Below are positions 32,826 to 41,990 of a stretch of 64,000 nucleotides of DNA, piece after piece. Position 1 is the first letter of the stretch. Every line of letters starts with the position of its first letter. The notes under the pieces were generated by a model that did not search any database, had not been told where the DNA came from, and was given only the letters and a program-made list of their open reading frames with translations. Both the position numbers and the translations under genes were made by a program. This DNA comes from Candidatus Krumholzibacteriota bacterium (GTDB lineage: Bacteria; Krumholzibacteriota; Krumholzibacteriia; JAJRXK01): NCBI GenBank assembly GCA_963727455.1, contig CAVSGG010000008.1, positions 128,001-192,000 on the forward strand. Reading direction: 5' to 3'.

Positions 32826-33832
32826 CGCTCCGAGTACATGCGTTGATAATAAGCGCGGTACTCCCCGCTGCGAACTTGCTCGAGCCACCCCTCGTGTTCC
32901 AGATACCACTGAACGGTCTCCGCCAGTCCCTCCTCGAAGCGAATCCGCGGCCGCCATCCGAGTTCACGCTTGATCTTGCTGGCATCAATGGCGTAGCGGC
33001 GGTCGTGTCCGAGACGGTCACCGACGTAGCGGATGAGGCTCTCCGGCTTTCCCAGAATTTCCAGTAGGCGGCGCACGACTTCGATGTTTTCGCGCTGGCT
33101 ATCTCCCCCGATGTTGTAAATCTCGCCCGGTCGTCCCTTCTTCAGAACTGCCTCGATCGCGCTACAGTGGTCCTGTACGTAGAGCCAGTCCCGCACGTTC
33201 TTCCCGTCTCCGTACACCGGCAGTGGTTCATCCTCTAGGGCGTTGGATATCATCAGCGGAATGAGCTTTTCGGGAAACTGAAAGGGGCCGTAATTGTTGC
33301 TGCAGCGCGTAACGAGCACCGGTAGGCCGAAAGTGTGGTGATAGGCACGGCAGAGCAGATCGGCCGAGGCCTTCGAGGCCGAGTAAGGGCTGTTGGGAGC
33401 AAGTGGCGTGGTCTCGCTGAAGGCCTCGTCCTTCGGACCGAGGCTTCCGTACACCTCGTCGGTCGAGACCATGACGAAGCGCATTCCTCCCAGTTCCTTC
33501 GCTCGTTCCAGCAGAACTTGGGTCCCCAAGACGTTCGTCTCCAGAAAGATCCTGGCGCCTTCGATGGAACGATCCACGTGACTCTCGGCCGCGAAATGGA
33601 CAATCGCGTCGAAGCTGTCGTCGAGGACTTCTGTGACCTCCTGTGGATTGCTCACGTTTCCCTTCACGAAGCGGTAACGTGGATCGTCCTTGAGTTGGGC
33701 GAGGTTCTCCAGATTTCCCGCGTAGGTGAGAGCATCGAAGTTTACCAACTCCCAATCGGATTGGCCCGCGAGGAGATGATGGATGAAGTTGCTGCCGATG
33801 AATCCGGCACCACCGGTGACGAAGAGCTTCAT
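32822..33832 (-). CDS. rfbB: dTDP-glucose 4,6-dehydratase
   Basis: TGGAGFIG, LTYAGN, FAAESHVDRS, STDEVYG, YSASK, GHDRRY. Confidence 0.97.
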   Translation of the reverse strand: MKLFVTGGAGFIGSNFIHHLLAGQSDWELVNFDALTYAGNLENLAQLKDDPRYRFVKGNVSNPQEVTEVLDDSFDAIVHFAAESHVDRSIEGARIFLETNVLGTQVLLERAKELGGMRFVMVSTDEVYGSLGPKDEAFSETTPLAPNSPYSASKASADLLCRAYHHTFGLPVLVTRCSNNYGPFQFPEKLIPLMISNALEDEPLPVYGDGKNVRDWLYVQDHCSAIEAVLKKGRPGEIYNIGGDSQRENIEVVRRLLEILGKPESLIRYVGDRLGHDRRYAIDASKIKRELGWRPRIRFEEGLAETVQWYLEHEGWLEQVRSGEYRAYYQRMYSER

Positions 33833-33841
33833 GGGTTCTTC

Positions 33842-34573
33842 CTAGGGGTTGTTGGCCCCGGTCTCGGACACGAGTTTGCTGGCGCGAAGCAGTGAGTCGA
33901 AGGTACCCGCATCACTCCACCAGCCCTCGAGTTGCGCCCAGTGCATCTCGCCCAATTCGATGTAGGCATTGTTCACATCGGTAATCTCCAGCTCTCCGCG
34001 GTGGCTGGGCTTGAGAGTTTCGATGATCTGAAAGACGCGGTGGTCGAAGATGTAGATGCCGGTTACTGCGTAACTGCTCTTGGGCTCCTTCGGTTTTTCC
34101 TCGATGCCCACCACTTTTTCTTTCTCGAACACGGGAACACCGAAGCGTTGGGGATCATCGACTTTCTTGAGGAAGATCTGGGCACCCGTGCCGCCGCGTC
34201 GATTGTAAGCTTCGATGGCGGGACTTAAGCTCTTCTCGAAGATGTTGTCGCCCAGGATGACGCAAATGGGATCGTTCCCTGCGAAGTAACGCGCCAGCCT
34301 CAACGCGTCGGCGATACCGCCCTCCCCTTCCTGGTAGGTATAATTGATCGCGGGCAGTCCGAAGGTGCTACCGTTGCCGAGCAACTTCAGAAAGTCTCCC
34401 GCGCTGTTCCCTCCCGTCACCACCAGGATGTCCTTGATCCCCGCGGTGACCAGCGCCTCGATGGGATAGTAGATCATCGGTTTCTTGTAGATGGGCAAGA
34501 GGTGCTTGTTGGTCACCTTCGTCAGAGGGTGAAGCCGGGTTCCCAATCCGCCGGCCAGAATGACGCCTTTCAT
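33842..34573 (-). CDS. rfbA: Glucose-1-phosphate thymidylyltransferase (short, SpsI-like)
   Basis: GVILAGGLGTRLHPLT, NKHLLP, LGDN, EKP, RGELEITD, WWSDAGT. Confidence 0.92.
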   Translation of the reverse strand: MKGVILAGGLGTRLHPLTKVTNKHLLPIYKKPMIYYPIEALVTAGIKDILVVTGGNSAGDFLKLLGNGSTFGLPAINYTYQEGEGGIADALRLARYFAGNDPICVILGDNIFEKSLSPAIEAYNRRGGTGAQIFLKKVDDPQRFGVPVFEKEKVVGIEEKPKEPKSSYAVTGIYIFDHRVFQIIETLKPSHRGELEITDVNNAYIELGEMHWAQLEGWWSDAGTFDSLLRASKLVSETGANNP

Positions 34574-34604
34574 CGTTGTCTACTTCCTTGTCTCTTCTGA
34601 AGGA

Positions 34605-35432
34605 TTACGAAGCAGTGCTCCATGCTTCCATGAAATCTCGGGACCGCTTGGGATCGACGCCGGCTCCGGCACGACCGTCCCGCATCAATGCGCTCCCCAC
34701 GATCGCGCCATCGACGCGATTCGACCAGAAAGCCGCGTTCGTCGCATTGACTCCACTCGCCACCAAAATGGGGGCGTCGGGCAGAACCTCGCGCAGCTCC
34801 TCGGCCAGCGCGGGATCGGCCGGATAGCCTGTCCCCCCGCCCGTGACGAGAATGCAGTCGGCGCGGCCGCGCTCACGCAGCTCGAGAGCCTCTTCAGCCA
34901 AGGGCCTCGGGGCAAGGGATGCCGCGTGTTTGACCCGAAGGTCCGCCAAGACAAAAGTGGAGAGCTCGAGTTCCCGTCGCAGGCGCAAGGTCCGCGCGGC
35001 TCCTCCCTTCAGGATCCCCTGGTCAGTGAGCATCGCGCCGGTATGGACGTTGACGCGGATCGCCCAGGATCGCGTCGCGCACGCAATGCTGAGTGCCGAT
35101 CTGGCGTCGTTCCGCAGGCAGTTCACGCCCAACTTCAGCTCGGGCCACTCCTGCCGCAGACGATCCACGATCCGGGTCATCGCGGCCACGGTGACCGGGG
35201 GAATTCGCGCCCCGAAGAACGGCGCGTCCCCGAAGTTCTCCACGATCAGGGCCCGAAACCCGCTCTTCACCAGAATTTCCGCGTCAGTCAGGGCTCGCTC
35301 GAGCGCCGAGTCGGGATTCCCGTCGTAGGCGCTGGCCCCGGGCAGTGGCAGCAAATGGACCATTCCCACGAGCGGCGGGGAAAGCTGCTCGTGGAACTGA
35401 GTGCGAGTGAGAGGAGGCGCGGGAGTCTTCAT
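34605..35432 (-). CDS. BtpA/SgcQ family protein
   Basis: GMVHLLPLPG, VENFGDAPF, GVNCLRND, ADLRVKHA, VTGGGTG, DGAIVGS. Confidence 0.92.
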   Translation of the reverse strand: MKTPAPPLTRTQFHEQLSPPLVGMVHLLPLPGASAYDGNPDSALERALTDAEILVKSGFRALIVENFGDAPFFGARIPPVTVAAMTRIVDRLRQEWPELKLGVNCLRNDARSALSIACATRSWAIRVNVHTGAMLTDQGILKGGAARTLRLRRELELSTFVLADLRVKHAASLAPRPLAEEALELRERGRADCILVTGGGTGYPADPALAEELREVLPDAPILVASGVNATNAAFWSNRVDGAIVGSALMRDGRAGAGVDPKRSRDFMEAWSTAS

Positions 35433-35487
35433 GACGCGGGCAGAATAGCACGGGAAAAGCCGCCGCTACCAGAGGCAGCTTGAGGGC

Positions 35488-35516
35488 TTGTGAAGCGCGC
35501 CCCCACTAGCTATGCT
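35488..35516 (+). promoter_or_regulatory. sigma70-type promoter for tdk
   Basis: TTGTGA-N17-TATGCT. Confidence 0.45.
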
Positions 35517-35602
35517 CACAAATCGTGGGCGAGGCTCGCACTCGTCGTTTGCCGCTCTTTTGGGGCACACGATACCTCACATCTCAATCCGTGAGGTCGG
35601 CC

Positions 35603-36193
35603 ATGCAGCGGCCCTATCCCAAGTCCGGCTGGATCGAAGTCATCACCGGCAGCATGTTCAGTGGCAAGAGCGAGGAGCTGATCCGGCGTCTACGACGCGC
35701 GGAGATTGCCAGACAGAGAGTCCAGATCTTCAAGCCGGGCTTGGACGTCCGCTACGACGAGGATCATATCGTTTCGCACAGCCAGATGAAGCTCCGCTCG
35801 GAGGCCGTCGAGAACTCCCTGGCCCTGATGGAGAGAGTCGACGATCGGGTAGAGGTCATTGGAGTCGATGAAGCCCAGTTCTTCGACGCCGGGCTGGTCG
35901 AGGTCTGCAATCGTCTGGCCAATCAGGGCAAACGCGTGATCGTGGCCGGACTGGATCGGGACTTCCGTGGAGAACCTTTCGAGGTGATGGCGCAGCTCTT
36001 GGCCACCGCTGAGTACATCACCAAGAGCCTCGCCATCTGCATGGTATGCGGTGCACCCGCCGCCTACACCCAAAAGATCACTGGTGGGCACGACCGAATC
36101 GAGATCGGTGCGGCCGGAATGTATGAAGCACGTTGCCGCTATTGCTTCGAGCCCCCGGCGGAAGAGGCGGAGAAGAAGAGCGCAAAGAGCTGA
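35603..36193 (+). CDS. tdk: Thymidine kinase
   Basis: GSMFSGKS, DEAQF, AGLDRDFRGEPF, C-terminal CxxC pairs. Confidence 0.97.
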   Translation: MQRPYPKSGWIEVITGSMFSGKSEELIRRLRRAEIARQRVQIFKPGLDVRYDEDHIVSHSQMKLRSEAVENSLALMERVDDRVEVIGVDEAQFFDAGLVEVCNRLANQGKRVIVAGLDRDFRGEPFEVMAQLLATAEYITKSLAICMVCGAPAAYTQKITGGHDRIEIGAAGMYEARCRYCFEPPAEEAEKKSAKS

Positions 36194-36223
36194 GCGGGAC
36201 CCCCCGTCGCGCCACTCGTGCGA

Positions 36224-37561
36224 TCAACGGAACACTCCGAAGACATCCAGAAGCACCACGAAAATCACCACGGGGCAGATGTAGCGGATGAAGATACCCC
36301 AGAAGGCGATGCCCCTGTCGGTGATCCCGCTGCCGAGCTTCAGCTCCTCGCCCGCCCTCTTGACGCCCCAGATCCATCCCACGAACACGCTCAAGAGCAA
36401 CCCTCCAAGCGCGAGAGAGATGTTTCCCCAGATGTAGTCCATGATGCCGAGCACACTCGTCTTCCCAAAGAGACTCATGTTGCTGAGGCTTCCCACGGCT
36501 CCTTGGGAAAGCGCGGCTGGGAGACCAAGAAGAAACGTGACGAATCCTATCGTCCAGGCCGACTTCTTGCGCGACCAGTGACGCTCGTCCACGAAGTAGG
36601 CCACGACCACTTCGAGCAACGAGACGGTGGAAGTCAGCGCAGCGATGCCCAGAAGCACGAAGAACACCACCGAAACCAACTGTCCCATCGGCATGGAGGA
36701 GAAGACCTTGGGGAGAACCACGAACACCAAGGAGGGGCCGGCATCCGGGCTCTCCCCCATCGCGAAAACCGCGGGAAAAATCATGAAGCCGGCCAGAACC
36801 GCGACCAGGGTATCGAAGAAGGCCACGAATGCACCTGCCGTCCGCAGATCCGCGCCCTTGGGCAGGTAGGATCCGTAGGTGATCATGGCCCCCATTCCCA
36901 AACTCAGGGAAAAGAAGGCCTGCCCCAAGGCAGTCAGAAAGGTGTTCGTCGTCACTTGCGAGAAATCGGGCTTCAGGTAGAAGCTCAGACCCGCCATGGC
37001 TCCCGGCAGCGTCAGGCCGCGCAGAATCACGAGGAGCATGAGCACGAGAAGCACGGGCATGAGAACCTTCGCGGTGCGCTCGATCCCGCTCTCCACACCC
37101 CCCAAGACCACCCCGATGGTCAAGAGCATGAAGAGGGCGAAGAGTGGAATCGTCACCACGGCATCGCCGGTGAAGGTGCCGAATTCCATGTGGGGCGCCA
37201 CGAAGCTCTTGAAGATGAATCCGAGCGTCCAACCTGCGATGACCGCGTAGTAGCTCAGAATGCCCACACCAGTGAGAACTCCAAGGGCGCCGGCCCAGAC
37301 CCAGAGCGAGCGGCGGCCGCGAATGGCCTCGATGGCGCCGACCGGGTTCTTGTGGCTGTAGCGGCCCAGAACCAGTTCGGCGAAGAGGTAGGGCAGGCAG
37401 ATCAGGATCACGCAAGCCAGATAGAGCAGAACGAAGGCGGCGCCTCCGTTCTCGCCCGCCACATAGGGGAATCGCCAGATGTTGCCCAGCCCGATGGCCG
37501 AACCGGCCGCGGCGAGGATGAAGCCCGTGCTCGATCCCCACTGTCCACGCGCTTGCTCCAT
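36224..37561 (-). CDS. Sodium-dependent transporter (NSS/SLC6 family)
   Basis: GSAIGLGNIWRFPY, QAFFSLSLGMG, AALTST. Confidence 0.95.
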   Translation of the reverse strand: MEQARGQWGSSTGFILAAAGSAIGLGNIWRFPYVAGENGGAAFVLLYLACVILICLPYLFAELVLGRYSHKNPVGAIEAIRGRRSLWVWAGALGVLTGVGILSYYAVIAGWTLGFIFKSFVAPHMEFGTFTGDAVVTIPLFALFMLLTIGVVLGGVESGIERTAKVLMPVLLVLMLLVILRGLTLPGAMAGLSFYLKPDFSQVTTNTFLTALGQAFFSLSLGMGAMITYGSYLPKGADLRTAGAFVAFFDTLVAVLAGFMIFPAVFAMGESPDAGPSLVFVVLPKVFSSMPMGQLVSVVFFVLLGIAALTSTVSLLEVVVAYFVDERHWSRKKSAWTIGFVTFLLGLPAALSQGAVGSLSNMSLFGKTSVLGIMDYIWGNISLALGGLLLSVFVGWIWGVKRAGEELKLGSGITDRGIAFWGIFIRYICPVVIFVVLLDVFGVFR

Positions 37562-37675
37562 CGAGTTCTCCTGCTAGCTTGAGGACCTTGCCGTGCCGAA
37601 CTCTCTCTGGGGGTCACGGCACCGTTGGCGGGCAGTGTATGCAAGCGGCCGAGAGTGGGTCAAGGAGAGGCCTGA

Positions 37676-38044
37676 ATGAGAACTCGACTGGTGAAGGACT
37701 TTCAGTTCGAGGCGGCGCATCGCCTGCCGCGGGTCCCACAAGGGCACAAATGCGGCCGGCTGCACGGCCACAGCTTCAAGATCCAGGTGGAGGTCGAAGG
37801 AGAAATCGACCCTGATACCGGTTGGCTGCTCGACTACGCGGAGATCGGCGAGGCCTTTCGGCCGCTCCACGACACTCTCGACCACCGCTATCTCAACGAA
37901 ATCGAAGGACTGGAGAATCCCACTTCGGAAGTGCTCGCGGCCTGGATCTGGCAGCGCCTGATCGCCAGTTTGCCGCAGCTCGTCCGAGTAACGGTGCAGG
38001 AGACTTGCAGCGCGCGCTGCGTTTACGAGGGACCGACCGGCTGA
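37676..38044 (+). CDS. queD: 6-carboxytetrahydropterin synthase
   Basis: FEAAH, CGRLHGH, LDHRYLN, NPTSE, ET. Confidence 0.96.
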   Translation: MRTRLVKDFQFEAAHRLPRVPQGHKCGRLHGHSFKIQVEVEGEIDPDTGWLLDYAEIGEAFRPLHDTLDHRYLNEIEGLENPTSEVLAAWIWQRLIASLPQLVRVTVQETCSARCVYEGPTG

Positions 38045-38050
38045 AACGGC

Positions 38051-38212
38051 TCAATGTCGCTTGCCCACCACCGCGGCAATAATGAGCCCAATGGGGCCCA
38101 GCAGAGCTCCCAAGACGAAAAAGCCGCAGCCGCTTCGGCCCTTGCTGGTGGCGATCCAAGCGGACAGGACTCCAAAGAGTAACCAGAGGGGAATTCCAAT
38201 TGCGAACTCCAA
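38051..38212 (-). CDS. Small two-TM membrane protein (53 aa)
   Basis: Below ORF-track cutoff; GAGGAGG RBS, TTG start; MEFAIGIPLWLLFGVLSAWIATSKGRSGCGFFVLGALLGPIGLIIAAVVGKRH. Confidence 0.75.
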   Translation of the reverse strand: MEFAIGIPLWLLFGVLSAWIATSKGRSGCGFFVLGALLGPIGLIIAAVVGKRH

Positions 38213-38235
38213 GGACGAACCTCCTCAGCCAGTGT

Positions 38236-39147
38236 TCATTGCCATTGATTTAGTACGTCCTGCGCGGCCCGCGCGGTTCCAAAATGAAGCCTTGCTGTCT
38301 CCTCCGCACTTTCCGCATATCCACCGGCCAAAAAAATGGCCACGGGCACTCGGACCTTCCGATAGCGGGAGAATACCAACTCATCACGACGCCTGAGGCC
38401 CTCCTCCGTGAGAGCCAAACCCCCGAGTCGATCGCGCTGGAAAGGATCCACCCCCGCGACGTAACAGACCAGCTGGGGGTCGGAGAATCTCCGATCGACC
38501 GTCTCGAGGTCCTCATGGAGTCTCTCGAGATATTCTTCGTCGCTCACACCATCGAGAAGACCGGTATCTAGGTCACTGCGCTGCTTCACCGGGTAGTTAT
38601 GCTCCTGATGAATGGAATAGGTGAAGGTGTCGTCATCCAATTTGTAGATGAGGGCCGTACCATTTCCCTGATGCACGTCGACATCGAGGAAGAGAACTCT
38701 CTCCAAGTCCGTTTCGGCGCGCGCCTTCTCCACCGCGATCGCCATGTCGTGATAGTAGCAGAAGCCTTCCGCGTGATCGGGAAACGCGTGGTGGAAACCA
38801 CCCCCGATGCAAAAGCCCATTCCCTTGTCCAGCGCGAGCCTCACCGTTTGCGCACTGGCCCCCAGCAATCGCCGAAAGGCCGAGATCACCTCTCGGGTGA
38901 CGGGAAGCTCACTGCTCGTGGTCGCCCAAGTCTCGCGAGCTTGCTCGAGATCCGACACGTATCGCGGGGTGTGGATGCGCGCGATGTCCTCGGCGCTCAC
39001 CTCGCTTGGATCGTGAAAGTAATCCTCTGGGGTATTCAGTTCCTCCTGAAGCAGGCGGGTGAGAATGGAATACTTCGCCAACGGAAAGGGATGATCTCCG
39101 ATGTCCAGAGACTCTTCCATGCCCCGCACGAACTCGAGTTCCGCCAT
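38236..39147 (-). CDS. Histone deacetylase family protein (HDAC11/class IV-like deacylase)
   Basis: HPFP..KY, GGFHHA, GFC, DVDVHQGNGT, AGVDP..D.LG, GGY. Confidence 0.93.
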   Translation of the reverse strand: MAELEFVRGMEESLDIGDHPFPLAKYSILTRLLQEELNTPEDYFHDPSEVSAEDIARIHTPRYVSDLEQARETWATTSSELPVTREVISAFRRLLGASAQTVRLALDKGMGFCIGGGFHHAFPDHAEGFCYYHDMAIAVEKARAETDLERVLFLDVDVHQGNGTALIYKLDDDTFTYSIHQEHNYPVKQRSDLDTGLLDGVSDEEYLERLHEDLETVDRRFSDPQLVCYVAGVDPFQRDRLGGLALTEEGLRRRDELVFSRYRKVRVPVAIFLAGGYAESAEETARLHFGTARAAQDVLNQWQ

Positions 39148-41990
39148 CAGGAGTACCGCCCCAGTTCGGCGGCCAAATAACGGCCTGTATGTGATTTCTT
39201 CACTCGTACCACCGCCTCGGGAGGACCCTCGGCGAGAATTCGTCCTCCACTCTCTCCCCCTTCGGGGCCCAGATCGATGATCCAGTCCGCAGTTTTGATG
39301 ACGTCCAGATTGTGCTCGATGATGACCACGGTGTTATTGGCATCGACGAGACGGTGCAGGACCGCCAGGAGTCGTTTGATATCGTGGGAATGAAGTCCGG
39401 TCGTAGGTTCGTCGAGCACGTAGAGGGTGCGACCGGTCGCTTTCCTCGCCAATTCCCGCGATAGTTTCACTCGCTGTGCCTCTCCTCCGCTCAGAGTGGT
39501 TGCCGGCTGTCCCAGCTTGATGTAATCGAGTCCCACGTCGTGGAGAGTCTGCAGAATCTTGCCGATCTTAGGCTGATTGGCGAAGAATTCCAACGCTTCC
39601 TGCACGTCCATGTCCAGGACGTCGGCGATCGATTTTCCTTTGTAACGGCACTCGAGCGTTTCCGCCTGGAATCGCTGCCCCTTGCAGACCTCGCAGCTGA
39701 CCCAAACGTCGGCCAAGAAGTGCATGGAAATCTTCTTCTGGCCGTGTCCTTCACAGGCTTCGCAACGCCCCCCCTTGACGTTGAAGGAGAATCGGCCCGG
39801 CTTGTAGCCGCGCGCCTTGGAGAGAGGAAGTTGGGCGAAGATCTCCCGGATCAGAGTGAAGACCTGCACGTACGTCGCCGGATTCGACCGGGGAGTACGA
39901 CCAATGGGGTCCTGGTTGATGTCGATCACCTTGTCGATGTTGTGCAGTCCGCTGATGCGTTTGAACGGACCCACCCGCAGCTGCCGATCCGAGAGGCGGT
40001 TGGCAAGGGCCGGATAGAGCGTCTCGTTCACGAGGGAACTCTTGCCGCTCCCCGATACACCCGTTACCGCGGTGAACACTCCCAAAGGAAAGGAAACGTC
40101 CAGATTCTTGAGATTGTTCAGCCGCGCGCCTCTCAGAGTGATGGCCGCGCGACTTGGCTTTCTCCGCCTCTCGGGAATCTCGATCCGCAGCTTACCCGTG
40201 AGATAGGCTCCGGTCAGGCTTCGCGAGGCGGCACGACGTAGCCTGGGTACGCTTCCCGAGAACACGATCTCTCCGCCATTCACGCCGGCCCCAGGTCCGA
40301 AGTCGATGACATGATCCGCGCTCGCGATAGTCTCGGCATCGTGCTCGACCACAATCACGGTGTTTCCCATGTCCCTCAGATCCGCCAAGGTGGTAAGAAG
40401 GCGCGCGTTGTCCCGCTGGTGTAGGCCGATCGAGGGCTCGTCCAGAATGTACAGCACTCCCACCAGATGCGATCCGATTTGGCTCGCGAGACGGATTCGT
40501 TGGCTCTCCCCTCCGCTGAGAGTTGGCGCGGCGCGATCGAGGGTCAAATATTCCAGGCCAACGTCGAGCAGGAACTTCAGGCGGGTTCTCACTTCCCGGA
40601 ACGCGTCCTCAGCCACCTGCGCTTTCGCTTTGGGAACCTTGAGCTTGGCGAAGTAACTGTGTGCCTCCTGAATGGAGAGCCGGTTCAATTCTGCGAGATT
40701 CAAGGTACCCAGTTTTACGGAAAGGCTCTCCGGGCGCAGCTTCCTTCCCTTGCACTCGGGGCAGACCCCTTCGTGGAGAAACTGCCCATAGTAGCGGCGA
40801 CGACGCTCGCTGCGTGTCTGGCGAACGAGACGCTCCACCTCCGTGGCTACCCCGACCACTCTTCCTTCGAAATCCCCACGAAACCTCTCGCTCTCGTATC
40901 GGTAGGTGAGTGTGGTCTTCTCGTCACCGTAGAGCAGGAGCTTGCGATCGCGCTTGGAGAGCTTCTTCCACGGGCGATTCAGGTCGATGGAATAGTGGGC
41001 CGCGATTTGGAGCAGACGTTGATTCCACCAGCCCAGGCTGTCCTTTTCCTCGAGATTGCCCATCAATGCCAACGCTCCGGCCATCACCGACTTCTCGGGA
41101 TCCAACACGAGACGATCGGGGTCGGCTTGCAGGAGTGTTCCCAGACCATTGCATCTGGGACACGCCCCCCTGGGAGAATTGAAGGAGAAGTGCTGCGGGA
41201 TTAACTCCTCGAAGGAGATTCCGCAGTGAACGCAAGCGTAATCCTCGCCCAGCAGAACCTCGTCTCCCGCCTCGCTCTCGGCCAGAAGCAGTCCCGAGGA
41301 AAGCCGCAAGGCGGTTTCGATACTGTCCACCAATCGCGACGAGCGGACTTTACCCACCACGACACGATCGATGAGAACCTCCACGTCGTGGGTCATAGTC
41401 TTGCTGAGTCGCGGGGCCTCTCTCTCTTGGAGATCGTGGTAGCCACCATCGATCCGCAAGCGGGTGAATCCCTCCCTGCGCAGTTTGCGCAGCAGTTCGC
41501 GGTACTCTCCCTTGCGTCCGCGCACCACGGGAGAGTAGAGGATGAGGCGCGTGCCGGACGGAAACTCCTGCAGACGCTGCGCCATCTGTCCCGGAGTCTG
41601 GCGACCCACCTTCCGACCACAGCGGTGGCAATGCTGCACGCCGAGTCTGGCGTAGATGACTCGGAGATAGTCATGGATCTCGGTGACGGTTCCAACCGTG
41701 GAACGGGGGTTCCGGCTTGGGGCCTTCTGATCGATGGAGATGGCTGGGCTGAGCCCTTCGATGTGGTCGACCTGCGGCTTCTCCATCTGTCCCAAAAATT
41801 GCCGCGCGTACGAGGACAGACTCTCCACGTAACGCCTCTGTCCTTCCGCGTAGAGAGTATCGAAGGCCAGCGAGGACTTGCCGCTTCCAGAGACGCCCGT
41901 AAACACCACGAGTTGATCACGGGGAATCTCGAGATCGATGTTCTTGAGATTGTGCTGGCGCGCCCCCCTGACGACGATTGACTTCCTCAT
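39147..41990 (-). CDS. uvrA: Excinuclease ABC subunit A
   Basis: GARQHNLK, two GVSGSGKS Walker A motifs, two LSGGE signatures, zinc fingers; start ATG 41990. Confidence 0.98.
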   Translation of the reverse strand: MRKSIVVRGARQHNLKNIDLEIPRDQLVVFTGVSGSGKSSLAFDTLYAEGQRRYVESLSSYARQFLGQMEKPQVDHIEGLSPAISIDQKAPSRNPRSTVGTVTEIHDYLRVIYARLGVQHCHRCGRKVGRQTPGQMAQRLQEFPSGTRLILYSPVVRGRKGEYRELLRKLRREGFTRLRIDGGYHDLQEREAPRLSKTMTHDVEVLIDRVVVGKVRSSRLVDSIETALRLSSGLLLAESEAGDEVLLGEDYACVHCGISFEELIPQHFSFNSPRGACPRCNGLGTLLQADPDRLVLDPEKSVMAGALALMGNLEEKDSLGWWNQRLLQIAAHYSIDLNRPWKKLSKRDRKLLLYGDEKTTLTYRYESERFRGDFEGRVVGVATEVERLVRQTRSERRRRYYGQFLHEGVCPECKGRKLRPESLSVKLGTLNLAELNRLSIQEAHSYFAKLKVPKAKAQVAEDAFREVRTRLKFLLDVGLEYLTLDRAAPTLSGGESQRIRLASQIGSHLVGVLYILDEPSIGLHQRDNARLLTTLADLRDMGNTVIVVEHDAETIASADHVIDFGPGAGVNGGEIVFSGSVPRLRRAASRSLTGAYLTGKLRIEIPERRRKPSRAAITLRGARLNNLKNLDVSFPLGVFTAVTGVSGSGKSSLVNETLYPALANRLSDRQLRVGPFKRISGLHNIDKVIDINQDPIGRTPRSNPATYVQVFTLIREIFAQLPLSKARGYKPGRFSFNVKGGRCEACEGHGQKKISMHFLADVWVSCEVCKGQRFQAETLECRYKGKSIADVLDMDVQEALEFFANQPKIGKILQTLHDVGLDYIKLGQPATTLSGGEAQRVKLSRELARKATGRTLYVLDEPTTGLHSHDIKRLLAVLHRLVDANNTVVIIEHNLDVIKTADWIIDLGPEGGESGGRILAEGPPEAVVRVKKSHTGRYLAAELGRYS

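Noticed and set aside
37562-37675. preQ1 riboswitch upstream of queD
   Set aside because: No AGAGGTTC-like stem-loop or A-rich tail.
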